Of a stretch of 64,000 nucleotides of DNA, positions 31,932 to 42,495 are shown one piece after another. Position 1 is the first letter of the stretch. Each line of letters begins with the position of its first letter. The stretch comes from Alphaproteobacteria bacterium (GTDB taxonomy: Bacteria > Pseudomonadota > Alphaproteobacteria > UBA9219): the NCBI GenBank assembly GCA_013286365.1, contig JABDFY010000002.1:20062-84061 (forward strand), read 5' to 3'. The position numbers and the translations under genes were made by a program. Below the pieces are notes generated by a model. The model did no database searches. It was not told the origin of the DNA and saw nothing but the letters and a program-made list of their open reading frames with translations.

Positions 31932-33710
31932 ATGAAATATAGTGATATCCTTGCCGATTGGCTTGTAAGTCTTGGCTATACCACGTGTTTTTATGTTGCT
32001 GGCGGCAACATCATGCATCTATTGGAAAGCTGCAGCCGCAAGATGAAGATTATCTGCACTGTGCATGAAGTTGCGGCCGGCATAGCGGCCGAGTACTTCA
32101 ATGAAGTTGCGGCTGGCAAAGAACGTGCCTTTGCTCTGGTCACGGCGGGTCCTGGCCTCACCAATATAGTAACCGCCTTTGCTGGTGCCTGGTTGGAAAG
32201 TCGTGAACTGTTGGTTCTGGGGGGACAGGTGAAGGTTCCCGATCTAAGTCGAGGCAAGTTGCGTCAACGCGGAATTCAGGAAATAGATGGCGTAAATATT
32301 GTTAAGCCGATCACTGTACGTTCAGTGCTCATGGACGATGTTATGGATCGCGCGACTTTTTCGGAAATCGTCGAGGCCAGCAGCCGAGGCCGTAAGGGGC
32401 CCGTCTTTATAGAAATACCGCTTGATATTCAGGGCCGAACTCTAGAGCCCGATACATTGGAAAAAAAGAGCGCAATCACTCACAAATCTGCCATCGCCGC
32501 AATTCCGGAAAACGATCTCGCAAAACTAGCGGAACAAGTCCGTAAGGCCGAACGGCCTTTACTATTAATTGGTGCCGGTATTGATCGGCGCACCTCAGAA
32601 GAGGTTAGGACGCGACTTGATGTTATGGGCTTGCCGCTGACAACAACATGGAATGGCGCCGATCGCGTAGCCTTTGATCATCCTCTCTATTTCGGTCGTC
32701 CGAATACGTGGGGTATGCGTTACAGTAATCTTGTCCTTCAGCAGGCCGATCTCCTGATTGCGCTAGGTACAAGACTTGGTCTACAGCAGACCGGTTTTAA
32801 TTGGCAGGAGTTTGTTCCTGGCGGAAAAGTTGTTCAAGTCGATTGTGACCGCGCTGAATTGGAAAAAGGCAATCCGAAAGTGGCTTGGCCGATTTGTGGC
32901 GATGCCAATCAAGTGCTGCGCTATTTATCGAAGGCTGATCTTGGCCAGCACGAAGCCTGGGTCAAATATTGTAAGACGATCAAATCGGCGTTGCCTCTTG
33001 TTGAAGAGGGCAATACGACGGGGACCAGTTTTGTTTCACCCTATAAGTTTGTCACCGAACTTTCAAAATTATGCAAATCAACAGATGTGATTGTTCCGTG
33101 CAGTAGTGGCGGGGCCTTCACCGTCATGATGCAAACTTTTGCTCAGCAATTGGGGCAGAAGATGGTGACCAATAAAGGTCTCGCATCGATGGGTTACGGA
33201 TTAAGTGGTGCCATAGGGGCCGCTGTTGCAGCGGAAGGCCAACGCACGATTTTGGTCGAAGGCGACGGCGGCTTCTCACAGAATTTGCAAGAAATCGGCA
33301 CAGTCGCAGTCAACAAACTTAATCTGAAAATATTTATATTTATGGATAACGGCTATGCGTCAATTCGGATGACGCAGAGCAATTATTTTGGTGGGCGCTA
33401 TATGGGCTGCGATACGTCCTCCGGCCTTGGTTTGCCAAACTGGGAGAAGCTTTTTGCCGCCTATGAGGTGCCAGCGATGCGCCTCGACACTAATTATGCC
33501 CAAGACATGGCATTTAAGCAGTTATTCGCGTGTGAAGGGCCGGCGGCCTTTATTGTGCCGGTCGATCCAAAACAGACCTATTTCCCTAAAATTATGAGCC
33601 GGGTGACCGAAACAGGGGGTATGGCCTCCAATCCACTGCATTTGATGTCCCCGCCTCTTGACGAAGACACCTTCAAACAGGTAGGCCGTTACTTGCCGCC
33701 ATCAACATAA
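31932..33710 (+). CDS. thiamine-diphosphate enzyme, acetolactate-synthase-large-subunit / YerE-like
   Basis: 592 aa with N-terminal Pyr domain GGNIMHLLES..., VTAGPGLTN, and ThDP motif GDGGFSQN...FMDNGYASI. Confidence 0.8.
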   Translation: MKYSDILADWLVSLGYTTCFYVAGGNIMHLLESCSRKMKIICTVHEVAAGIAAEYFNEVAAGKERAFALVTAGPGLTNIVTAFAGAWLESRELLVLGGQVKVPDLSRGKLRQRGIQEIDGVNIVKPITVRSVLMDDVMDRATFSEIVEASSRGRKGPVFIEIPLDIQGRTLEPDTLEKKSAITHKSAIAAIPENDLAKLAEQVRKAERPLLLIGAGIDRRTSEEVRTRLDVMGLPLTTTWNGADRVAFDHPLYFGRPNTWGMRYSNLVLQQADLLIALGTRLGLQQTGFNWQEFVPGGKVVQVDCDRAELEKGNPKVAWPICGDANQVLRYLSKADLGQHEAWVKYCKTIKSALPLVEEGNTTGTSFVSPYKFVTELSKLCKSTDVIVPCSSGGAFTVMMQTFAQQLGQKMVTNKGLASMGYGLSGAIGAAVAAEGQRTILVEGDGGFSQNLQEIGTVAVNKLNLKIFIFMDNGYASIRMTQSNYFGGRYMGCDTSSGLGLPNWEKLFAAYEVPAMRLDTNYAQDMAFKQLFACEGPAAFIVPVDPKQTYFPKIMSRVTETGGMASNPLHLMSPPLDEDTFKQVGRYLPPST

Positions 33711-33755
33711 TGTGGGCGACAGGCTGAAATCATTGCTTTTTAGGGCGGGCTGGAC

Positions 33756-34553
33756 GTGGTTGAAATTGGAAAAATAAAAGCTGTTATCCTGGCTGGCGGC
33801 AAAGGGTCACGCATCAGCGAAGAGTCCGTATTCAAGCCAAAACCGCTTATTGATATCGGCAATCACCCCATTTTGTGGCATGTCATGAAAACTTATGCCC
33901 ATTACGGCGTGAAAGACTTCATTATCTGCCTTGGTTATAAGGGCCATAAGATCAAAGAATATTTCTTTCACTACAATCTTTATAACGCCGACGTTACCAT
34001 CGACATTCACAATGGCGTCAAAATTCATGAAAGCGCTGCCGAGGATTGGCGGATCAGTCTTATTGAGACGGGCGAAGAAACGATGACGGGTGGACGCATC
34101 AAGCGCATCCGAAAATATCTTGGCAACGACGAAGTGTTTTTTCTTACCTATGGCGATGGCGTGGGCAATGTTGATATAGGGGCCAGCCTGGCTTTCCATC
34201 AAAAGCACGGTAAATTAGCGACGGTTACCGCCGTGCGGCCATTGGCACGCTTCGGTTCGCTCGACATCAAAAACGATCAAGTTCGCGCGTTCGTAGAGAA
34301 ACCAACCGGTGAGGGCGGCCTTATCAATGGCGGATTTTTCGTTGTTTCGCCTAAAGCCATCGATTACATCAAGGATGACACAACCTTATGGGAAAAAGAG
34401 CCGTTGGAAGGTCTGGCGCGCGATGGCCAATTGATGGCTTTTGCACATCAAGGCTTCTGGCAACCCATGGATACGTTACGCGATCGCCACCACCTTGAAG
34501 AGTTATGGGCGGGCGGTAAAGCTCCGTGGAAAGTTTGGCAGGACCGTTCATGA
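33756..34553 (+). CDS. rfbF: glucose-1-phosphate cytidylyltransferase
   Basis: KAVILAGGKGSRISEES..KPKPLIDIG..PILWHVMK. ATGA overlap with rfbG. Confidence 0.9.
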   Translation: MVEIGKIKAVILAGGKGSRISEESVFKPKPLIDIGNHPILWHVMKTYAHYGVKDFIICLGYKGHKIKEYFFHYNLYNADVTIDIHNGVKIHESAAEDWRISLIETGEETMTGGRIKRIRKYLGNDEVFFLTYGDGVGNVDIGASLAFHQKHGKLATVTAVRPLARFGSLDIKNDQVRAFVEKPTGEGGLINGGFFVVSPKAIDYIKDDTTLWEKEPLEGLARDGQLMAFAHQGFWQPMDTLRDRHHLEELWAGGKAPWKVWQDRS

Positions 34554-35659
34554 CGCCGGAATTTTGGCAGGGAAAAAAGGTTTTTGTTACCGGTCACACA
34601 GGCTTTAAGGGCGGCTGGCTGTGTTTACTCTTGCGCCAATTAGGCTCGACAGTTCACGGCTATTCTCTGGCGCCGCCAACAGTGCCCAATCTTTTTACGC
34701 TAGCTCATGTCGGCGACTGTTTGGACCATCAGATCGGTGACGTTCGCGATTTGCTGATCCTTACTGCGGCCATCAAGGCGTTTAAGCCCGATATCGTTTT
34801 ACATTTGGCGGCGCAGGCTTTGTTGCGGCCTTCGTATGAGACACCTCTTGATACTTATTCCACCAATGTTATGGGCACAGTCAATGTGTTGGAGGCTGCT
34901 CGTCAGACCAATGTTCCCGTAACCCTGATTATTACCAGCGATAAATGTTATGAAAACCGCGAAACCATTTGGCCTTATCGCGAAACTGATCCCATGGGCG
35001 GGTATGACCCTTACAGCAGCAGTAAGGGCTGCGCCGAACTAGTTGTTTCTGCTTATGGCCGCTCTTATTTTACTGATGGGCACAAAACATTGGCCAGCGT
35101 GCGCGCTGGAAATGTTATTGGCGGTGGCGATTGGGCACGCGATCGCTTAATGACAGATGTAATTTATGCGCTGATGAACAACAAACGCCCCATCATTCGT
35201 CGGCCTAAATCAATACGACCATGGCAGCATGTACTCGAGCCGCTTTCGGGATATCTTCGCGCTGCTGAGTATATGTGGCAATTCAAGCCGCGTTCGCCAC
35301 AAGCATGGAATTTTGGCCCAAATGCTGAAGGCGAAGCACCAGTTGCAGAAGTCGCCAACGATGTTTGTCGCTTGTGGGGACAAAGCTCAGGTATTGAAAT
35401 AATCGAAGATCCTAACGCCGTGCATGAAGCAGGTCTGCTGCAGTTAGACTCAACAAAAGCCCGGCATGAGCTTCAGTGGCGCCCACGTTGGCCTTTGCCC
35501 AAAGCCCTTGCTATGTTGGTGGAATGGTTCAAGAAATATGAGGCCAAGGCTGATATGAACGCAGTTACACTTGAGCAAATTGCAGCCTATAGAAAAGAAG
35601 GCGAACCAACGGTTTCACCTCAGACCCAAACTCTTAGAGCAGCAGGAAAACGCGCATGA
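34550..35659 (+). CDS. rfbG: CDP-glucose 4,6-dehydratase
   Basis: [20 protein letters not shown] and YSSSK motifs. ATGA overlaps on both sides. Confidence 0.9.
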   Translation: MTPEFWQGKKVFVTGHTGFKGGWLCLLLRQLGSTVHGYSLAPPTVPNLFTLAHVGDCLDHQIGDVRDLLILTAAIKAFKPDIVLHLAAQALLRPSYETPLDTYSTNVMGTVNVLEAARQTNVPVTLIITSDKCYENRETIWPYRETDPMGGYDPYSSSKGCAELVVSAYGRSYFTDGHKTLASVRAGNVIGGGDWARDRLMTDVIYALMNNKRPIIRRPKSIRPWQHVLEPLSGYLRAAEYMWQFKPRSPQAWNFGPNAEGEAPVAEVANDVCRLWGQSSGIEIIEDPNAVHEAGLLQLDSTKARHELQWRPRWPLPKALAMLVEWFKKYEAKADMNAVTLEQIAAYRKEGEPTVSPQTQTLRAAGKRA

Positions 35660-37011
35660 CCGCCGTCACGGCAAAATCAAATACACCTCTCAGCGAAGCT
35701 GAGCAGTTGAAGGCCCAAATTCTTGAGCTAACCGAGCGTTACAGTAAACTTGCCCATGCTCCGAAAGCGTTCACGCCCGGCCAATCGTCAGTGCCTGTGT
35801 CGGGCCGCGTGTGGGGACCTGAAGAAGTTTGCGCGTTGGTTGATTCAGCCCTGGAGTTTTGGCTAACAACTGGACGGTATAACGATCTGTTTGAGAAGCG
35901 TCTTGCGAAATATCTCGGTGTATACCACACACTAACTTGTAACTCAGGCTCATCCGCTAATCTATTGGCGGCCTCGGCTTTGACAAGTCCTATGCTCGAA
36001 GACAAGGCCTTGAAACCGGGCGATGAAGTTATTACCTGCGCAACCGGATTTCCAACGACCGTTAATCCCATCATACAAAACGGGTTGGTGCCGGTGTTTC
36101 TTGATGTACATATTCCGACTTATAATATTCGTGCTGACTTAATTGAAGCTGCGCTCTCAGATCGCACAAGAGCCATTATGGTGGCACATACTTTAGGCAA
36201 TCCCTTTGATCTCGACACTGTTATGGCTGTGGCCAAGAAGCACAACTTGTTTGTGATAGAAGATACTTGTGATGCGCTTGGAGCTACTTACAACGATCGC
36301 AAGGTTGGAACCTTCGGCGATATCGGTACGGTGAGCTTTTATCCTGCACATCACATTACGATGGGTGAAGGTGGTGCTGTCTTTACCGGCAGTGCGCGAT
36401 TTAAGCGCATACTTGAATCTATTCGCGATTGGGGTCGCGATTGTTGGTGCGCGCCCGGCAAAGATAATACATGTAAAAAGCGTTTTGAATGGCAATTGGG
36501 TGAGTTGCCCTATGGCTATGACCACAAATACACCTACTCGCATATTGGCTATAATCTTAAGATCACCGATATGCAGGCGGCTGTAGGGTATGCACAGCTC
36601 GATCGTCTCGAGGGATTTATTGCTGCCCGTCGGGCCAATTTTGTACGCCTGACAGAGCAATTCAAAACAATGGAAGATCATTTTATCTTGCCCGAGCCAA
36701 CACCCAAATCCAACCCGTCTTGGTTTGGGTTTCCAGTTACAGTTCGTAGCAATACGCCCTTTAAGCGTGACGACCTCGTCAAATATTTAAACGATTGTAA
36801 AATTGGCACACGCCTATTGTTTGGCGGTAATATCTTACGTCAGCCCTATATGTTGGGACGCAAATATCGTGTACACGGCTCGCTTGAAGCCAGCGATATG
36901 GTCATGAACAATACGTTTTGGATCGGCGTTTACCCCGGCCTGCATCAGCCGGAAATTGACTATATTGCCGACTCTATTAGGACGTTTTGCAAAAACAGCA
37001 AAACCGCTTGA
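35656..37011 (+). CDS. rfbH: CDP-4-keto-6-deoxy-D-glucose 3-dehydrase (E1, RfbH/DdhC type)
   Basis: DegT/DnrJ/EryC1 fold plus the E1-type Cys cluster [12 protein letters not shown] (C-x-C-x7-C). Confidence 0.85.
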   Translation: MTAVTAKSNTPLSEAEQLKAQILELTERYSKLAHAPKAFTPGQSSVPVSGRVWGPEEVCALVDSALEFWLTTGRYNDLFEKRLAKYLGVYHTLTCNSGSSANLLAASALTSPMLEDKALKPGDEVITCATGFPTTVNPIIQNGLVPVFLDVHIPTYNIRADLIEAALSDRTRAIMVAHTLGNPFDLDTVMAVAKKHNLFVIEDTCDALGATYNDRKVGTFGDIGTVSFYPAHHITMGEGGAVFTGSARFKRILESIRDWGRDCWCAPGKDNTCKKRFEWQLGELPYGYDHKYTYSHIGYNLKITDMQAAVGYAQLDRLEGFIAARRANFVRLTEQFKTMEDHFILPEPTPKSNPSWFGFPVTVRSNTPFKRDDLVKYLNDCKIGTRLLFGGNILRQPYMLGRKYRVHGSLEASDMVMNNTFWIGVYPGLHQPEIDYIADSIRTFCKNSKTA

Positions 37012-37052
37012 TACGAAGCCTTAAAAGCGGCGCGTGACGTGAGTATACAGCC

Positions 37053-38015
37053 ATGAAATTTATGTCCTTCGGTAGCCAGTTAACAGACAGGCTGCGCGCA
37101 AATGATGTGCGCTTTGCCATTACAGGTGGTGGCGGTTGGCTGGGGCAGGCGACGTTAGAAATGTTGGATCAGGTGCTTGGCGCTGCCTTTGCCGAGCGTG
37201 TGAGTGTTTTCGGCTCAAAGGCTCGCGATATCAAGCTACGTTCTGGTCGCGCTGTACCTTGTTTTGAGCTTAAGGAAATTGTGAAACTTCCGCGCGGCCC
37301 CCACTATTATCTGCATTACGCTTTTTTGACCAAAGACAAACTTACCACCCAGTCTAACGACACTTTTATCAGAGGCAACGATATCATTCGTAGCTATGTC
37401 ATCGAAGCCATAAACAATAATGAATGCTGTGGTCTATTTTTACCCTCTTCAGGCGCCGTTTATCGCGCCGACGGCAAAATCGACACCGATATTGTTGCCA
37501 ATGCCTACGGCGTTATGAAAGCGCAGGACGAGAACATTTTTTCTGCGTTAGCTACAAAGCAAAATTTCCCGGCCGTTATTCCACGTGTCTTTAATCTTAG
37601 CGGACCTTATATGAATAAGGTGGATCTCTATGCGTTGGGCTCTATGTTGCGCGATGCGTTGGCGGACAGGCCAATCGTGATCAATGCTGCGCATCGTGTG
37701 TTGCGATCTTATGTGCATGTTGCCGATGTTATTCGATTGGCCATCAGCATGTTGCTTGAAGCCCAAAATAATATTTCGGTATTTGATACAGCAGGCGACC
37801 AGGTTGTCGAGCTTTCCGAGTTGGCTCAGCAAATCCGCACTGTATTAAACATGCCGCATCTGGAGATAAAACGGCCTGTCGTCGAAGCTGGCAAGGAAAA
37901 CAGGTATATTGGAAGGCCAGGGGAAATGGCTGCGCTTGCCAAGCGTTTCGGTTTTACCCTATGTTCCCTTGGCAGCCAAATCGAAGATACGGCAAGTTGG
38001 CTGCTGTCGGCGTAG
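37053..38015 (+). CDS. NAD(P)-dependent sugar epimerase/reductase (extended SDR); candidate 4-keto reductase of the CDP-sugar pathway
   Basis: ITGGGGWLGQ Rossmann motif and YGVMK catalytic motif. The role is inferred from position only. Confidence 0.55.
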   Translation: MKFMSFGSQLTDRLRANDVRFAITGGGGWLGQATLEMLDQVLGAAFAERVSVFGSKARDIKLRSGRAVPCFELKEIVKLPRGPHYYLHYAFLTKDKLTTQSNDTFIRGNDIIRSYVIEAINNNECCGLFLPSSGAVYRADGKIDTDIVANAYGVMKAQDENIFSALATKQNFPAVIPRVFNLSGPYMNKVDLYALGSMLRDALADRPIVINAAHRVLRSYVHVADVIRLAISMLLEAQNNISVFDTAGDQVVELSELAQQIRTVLNMPHLEIKRPVVEAGKENRYIGRPGEMAALAKRFGFTLCSLGSQIEDTASWLLSA

Positions 38016-38041
38016 TTTTATAATAGGGACCCATCGGTATC

Positions 38042-39160
38042 ATGAATAACTTTACGGCAACTTCTTCAAATCTTAATGAATTAATTTATCCCGATAAACG
38101 CAATCCATATTACATTGTTACGCCAAAATATATTCGCTCGTCGGCTGGAATTCGGGCGCTTCATTTGCTATGTCACAGCTTAAATCGTCTAGGCTATCAG
38201 GCTTATATCGTTCCGTTTCCACCGCATCCCCATGAATTGGCGGTTGCCCCGGACTTGTTGACGCCGGTCATAAACAATACGCTAATCCAGTTCCACTTCG
38301 AGAACAAACAATGCCCAATTATTATTTACCCCGAAACAGTGGCGGGTAATCCCTTTAAATCGCCGCTCGTCGTGCGCTACGTCTTAAATTTCCCCGGCTT
38401 TCTTGGTGGTGACAAAGTCTATCCGGCGAGCGAAATATGTTTCGGCTATTCGCAAGTTCTCGCAGATGCCGCGAATGCGAGTGACAATGTTCTGTTTCTT
38501 CCGGCCACAGACACGCGCATATTTAACCCAGGTAGTAAACAATTACCACGTTCCGGCAGCTGTTTTTATGCCGATAAATATAAGAATATCCATAGCGGCA
38601 GATTGTTCGATATTACAAGTAAGAGTACGGAAATTACACGTGACTTGCCTGATTCACAAACGCCCGAGGAAATCGCCGATCTCTTTAGACATTCGGAGAT
38701 ATTCTACTGTTATGAAAACTCGGCGCTCGCTATCGAGGCCGTTTTATGTGGCTGTCCGGCTGTGTTCCTGCCCAATCCTTATTTGACAGAAGTCATAGCG
38801 ATCAAGGAGTTGGGTATTGATGGATTTGCCTGGGGCACGGCACCTGAGGAAATTGATCGTGCGAAGGCAACTGTCGAAAAGGGTGCCCAGAATTATTTAA
38901 GAACCTATCAAAAATATTGGGAACAGCTGGAGCGTTTCGTCAATATTACGCAAGAACGTGCTGCATCCACACCCTATGTGGAGATCGTCGACATACCAAT
39001 CATGACTTTAAATGAACCCGGAATATCCTTTAGGGAGTTGACGAAATTCTGTTGGCATGTGGTACGGCATGAGGGGGCGCTATCCTTACTTAAAAAGATT
39101 ATCCGTAAAATTGGGCGCCTAAAAATTGCAGTCATTTTTTATTGGGTAAGTAATAAATAG
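38042..39160 (+). CDS. hypothetical protein, possibly a GT-B-like glycosyltransferase
   Basis: C-terminal half contains YCYENSALAIEAVLCGCPAVF, resembling the GT4 E-x7-E region. Weak call. Confidence 0.35.
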   Translation: MNNFTATSSNLNELIYPDKRNPYYIVTPKYIRSSAGIRALHLLCHSLNRLGYQAYIVPFPPHPHELAVAPDLLTPVINNTLIQFHFENKQCPIIIYPETVAGNPFKSPLVVRYVLNFPGFLGGDKVYPASEICFGYSQVLADAANASDNVLFLPATDTRIFNPGSKQLPRSGSCFYADKYKNIHSGRLFDITSKSTEITRDLPDSQTPEEIADLFRHSEIFYCYENSALAIEAVLCGCPAVFLPNPYLTEVIAIKELGIDGFAWGTAPEEIDRAKATVEKGAQNYLRTYQKYWEQLERFVNITQERAASTPYVEIVDIPIMTLNEPGISFRELTKFCWHVVRHEGALSLLKKIIRKIGRLKIAVIFYWVSNK

Positions 39161-40070
39161 CGCTCAGTATTACACTGACAGTAATTTGAACCGCTAAAAT
39201 CAGAAGTCTAAAGCCTAAAGCAAAAGAAGCCCCTGCTGCGGCTGGCATATGCCAGAGCGTAAGGAGATAAGCCCAGCTCCATTCCGCAATGCCAAGATTG
39301 GCGGGGGTTAGTGGAATAAGGCTTGGAAGCGTTGCCAGTGGTGTCGCATAAGCGATGATTTTTGCCGGAATAGCAATATTGAGTGCGCTAACACCTAGCA
39401 CAAGTTGAGTGATCACGAGACCGTAGCGGGCCAAAGAAAGCAACATAATCTTCGTTATCAATTGCGGCGCCAACAAACCTTGACGGCGCTCATCTTTCAG
39501 TCTCTGCAACCATGGGTACTTAAGTTTGGTCATGATGGGCCACGAGAGAATATTTGGTAGCCGTACCAGAATAAACCCGGCAACCAACAATAAGAGCGCA
39601 GCGAACATCAACCACAGAACAAAACTAAATCCAAAGACGATTTGGAAAAGGCTGGCGGGAATAAGTATGACAGCAATAAGAAAGTCAAAGCCAAGATCAT
39701 AAACGGCGTTTAAAAGACTGTGCTTAAACGAAGTGTTTTGCTGTAAACGCATGACGGCCGTGCGGCATAAAGCTGTGGCAACGGATTGTGGTAAGAACTG
39801 GCCAAGCAGTACGGCATGCGCCGTGTAATATAGATAAAAATGTGGCCGCGGTTCTTTGCGGTTATGGGTAATCAACTGCCATTTCAGTGCGCCCAGGTAA
39901 ATAAAGGAAGAGGAACAGATGAGCATGACAAAAAATATTGGCCATCTGATATGCGCCGCTATATCGACCAGTATTCGCCAAGAGACGCCGGTTGCGAGAC
40001 ATAAACCGACGACGAGGCTTATGCCGAGAATGAAGGCCAGAAGACTTTTCAGACAGAGTTTTAAACTCAC
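39132..40070 (-). CDS. flippase-like / lysyl-phosphatidylglycerol-synthase TM-region family membrane protein
   Basis: 312 aa, about 8 TM segments, typical N-terminus (...IFFVMLICSSSFIYLGALKWQLI). 4-nt overlap with the upstream GT4 gene. Confidence 0.6.
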   Translation of the reverse strand: MSLKLCLKSLLAFILGISLVVGLCLATGVSWRILVDIAAHIRWPIFFVMLICSSSFIYLGALKWQLITHNRKEPRPHFYLYYTAHAVLLGQFLPQSVATALCRTAVMRLQQNTSFKHSLLNAVYDLGFDFLIAVILIPASLFQIVFGFSFVLWLMFAALLLLVAGFILVRLPNILSWPIMTKLKYPWLQRLKDERRQGLLAPQLITKIMLLSLARYGLVITQLVLGVSALNIAIPAKIIAYATPLATLPSLIPLTPANLGIAEWSWAYLLTLWHMPAAAGASFALGFRLLILAVQITVSVILSAIYYLPNKK

Positions 40071-41254
40071 CTGGTTGTCCGCTTACACATAGTTTGTAAA
40101 AGATCGTCGTAATAACCACCGATGCGCGACCAAAGCCAAAAATCTTGGACAAAGTTTGCCAGATCCCATTTGGCTTGTTTGAGCGGTAAGAGAGGACGCT
40201 GCGTCATGAGCTTCTTTGTCCATAACTGAGCCGTATGTTTGACATTTTGTGGGTCAACACTGGCCGTTAAGAGGTAGGGGGAAGCGATTTGACTACCGGC
40301 AGCTACGGAAGGGCTGCATAGTACAGGCAAGCCACAAGCCATGGCCTCTTGAATAACCAGTGGGAATCCTTCGCCATAGCTTGGTAAAATTAGCATGTCC
40401 GCCGCTTGATATAACTCAGCCAGCGTTGCATCGGCGCGGTCTTTAAAGACGTGGATATTGGGAAGACGCCATTGATTGGGATCGATGGGTCCTCTACCGA
40501 CCAGCCAAAAACGCCACTCGGGCAACGATTCTGCAAGATGCCGAATAACTGACAACCCTTTTCTCTCGACGAAACGACCAACGAACAACAATACCGGTTG
40601 ATCACGGCGAAGGGCAAACTGATCGCGAAGGACTTGTCGCTTTTCTGGCAGCACCGGTTGGAAAATATCGATATCAACGCCATTCGGAATAATTTTAACC
40701 GGCGTTTTGAAACTGATGGCACGATAATAGTGTTCGGCAACAGCATCACTGATAAAATTTACCTGGTTTGCGAGCTTCAGCATTTTGTGCGTTATGTAAC
40801 GATCTGCACATTTCATGATCCAACGTAAAGCAGCGTTGCGGTAAGTAATGGGTCCGATATGTTGGGTTATCAGAACTGGTTTTTTCATCCACCGCGCCAT
40901 GATGAAGGCTGAAATATTACCCATATAAAGTGTATCATGTAGCCAGACGATGTCGGATGCGGCCACGGCTCTTTTTAACCGCCATAAACTGCGCGGCCCC
41001 CACAATGGCAGTGGTAAGCCGCACATGCGTTCAAGAAAATTCAATACCCGCATGGGCTGCATAACTTGACCGGGTATAGTAGGCGGTAAATCACAATTGC
41101 TAGCCACCCAGGTGAAACGAAAGTTTCCAACGATAGAAATTTCGACAATAAGATTATTAACAACGCGTTCAATACCGCCTCCGTGGGCGGCGTAATAGTG
41201 GCTGACGACGAGGACCTCGCGGCAGCGCTTGGGGATGTTGATTGGCTCAGTCAT
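40067..41254 (-). CDS. glycosyltransferase family 4 (GT-B fold)
   Basis: LILPSYGEGFPLVIQEAMACGLPVL (E-x7-E) motif. Confidence 0.85.
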   Translation of the reverse strand: MTEPINIPKRCREVLVVSHYYAAHGGGIERVVNNLIVEISIVGNFRFTWVASNCDLPPTIPGQVMQPMRVLNFLERMCGLPLPLWGPRSLWRLKRAVAASDIVWLHDTLYMGNISAFIMARWMKKPVLITQHIGPITYRNAALRWIMKCADRYITHKMLKLANQVNFISDAVAEHYYRAISFKTPVKIIPNGVDIDIFQPVLPEKRQVLRDQFALRRDQPVLLFVGRFVERKGLSVIRHLAESLPEWRFWLVGRGPIDPNQWRLPNIHVFKDRADATLAELYQAADMLILPSYGEGFPLVIQEAMACGLPVLCSPSVAAGSQIASPYLLTASVDPQNVKHTAQLWTKKLMTQRPLLPLKQAKWDLANFVQDFWLWSRIGGYYDDLLQTMCKRTTR

Positions 41255-42315
41255 CAGAGCAAATTATGCCGAATTTTTTCTATGGCTTCATGTTGGTATT
41301 TCAACACCTCAAGCGCGTTAGCAACACCGATACCTTCTAACGGTAGGCCCGTATGAATGGCGGTAGCAAAACGATTAAAGACCTCATCATTTCCGTAATC
41401 AAGGCGGCCGCGAAGGTACGCAAGGCCGTTCGGAATATGTTGTGACCAATGTTGCGAGAACGCATAGAAACTTGTGCGTAGTATTTGCAGTATATTATGT
41501 GCACCGTCATTAGGCAGCCGAATATAAATATCGCGAAAAATATCAAGAATACCCACGGCTTTAGTGCCCGTGACGACGACAAACCACTCGCTTACAGCGC
41601 TATCGAATTGGCAATCTATGGTAACAGGAATATCGCCATCCGTTTTGTAAAGTAAATTTAGGAGTGAAGGTGTTGATGTTTTGTCGTGGGCGCCTGTAGC
41701 GTGGCCGTGACGTAATTTTAAGTCTGAGCCGGCAAGGCGCCGCAATAAATAAAAAAAATGCGGACTTTCGTCATAAAATAACCCTAAGGGTAGCTCTGGA
41801 TACCAATGTGGCAGGCGACGTAAGGGGTTGCCAAACTGTACGGCGGCAAGGCGTCGGGTTGGACCCAGTCTATTGTGCGCCAAGTCATATTCTAATTTTT
41901 GTGTCGCACGACTAAACTGGAAATTATGTACGACACCGAGGACACGCTTGTTGGCAGCGGCCGCAGCGACCATCGCATCGCCTTCTTTTACGTCCATGGC
42001 AAACGGTTTTTCAACCAGCACGTGCTTACCGAGCCTAAGGGCTTCCAAAGTTAGGGCTGCATGTGCCAACGGGGATGTTCCGATGCAAAGTGCATCCACG
42101 TCGCTCAACCAAGCAACATTTTTTAGATCATCAGCTGTATCAAAGTTTTTAACATTAAATCTTGCGGCGCATTGCTGAGCACGTTCTCTGTTACGGTCAA
42201 TAACGCCAATAAGCCGAAATTGGGGTTGCCGTAAAATTGCTGGAATATGGCGATGGGTCGCAACCCAGCCAAGACCAATGCAGGCGATACGGAGTGGAGG
42301 TGAAGCTGTGATCAT
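41254..42315 (-). CDS. Gfo/Idh/MocA-family oxidoreductase
   Basis: The internal ATG at 42315 gives MITASPPLRIACIGLGWVATHRH. EKPFA motif present. Confidence 0.8.
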   Translation of the reverse strand: MITASPPLRIACIGLGWVATHRHIPAILRQPQFRLIGVIDRNRERAQQCAARFNVKNFDTADDLKNVAWLSDVDALCIGTSPLAHAALTLEALRLGKHVLVEKPFAMDVKEGDAMVAAAAANKRVLGVVHNFQFSRATQKLEYDLAHNRLGPTRRLAAVQFGNPLRRLPHWYPELPLGLFYDESPHFFYLLRRLAGSDLKLRHGHATGAHDKTSTPSLLNLLYKTDGDIPVTIDCQFDSAVSEWFVVVTGTKAVGILDIFRDIYIRLPNDGAHNILQILRTSFYAFSQHWSQHIPNGLAYLRGRLDYGNDEVFNRFATAIHTGLPLEGIGVANALEVLKYQHEAIEKIRHNLL

Positions 42316-42495
42316 AAGGTGATGATATAGAATAACCAGAAAACGCAATCTACATAATGCAGCAACCCGGCGGAAGCGGGAAGCCAAAGAATATATGTGA
42401 TAACACGATAGCTACACCCGCTTATATATCGCCACGTGTTTTACCGCTGCGGAGAGCACAATAATAGGTGCACCAACCTAAAGCAGGGTTGCACT

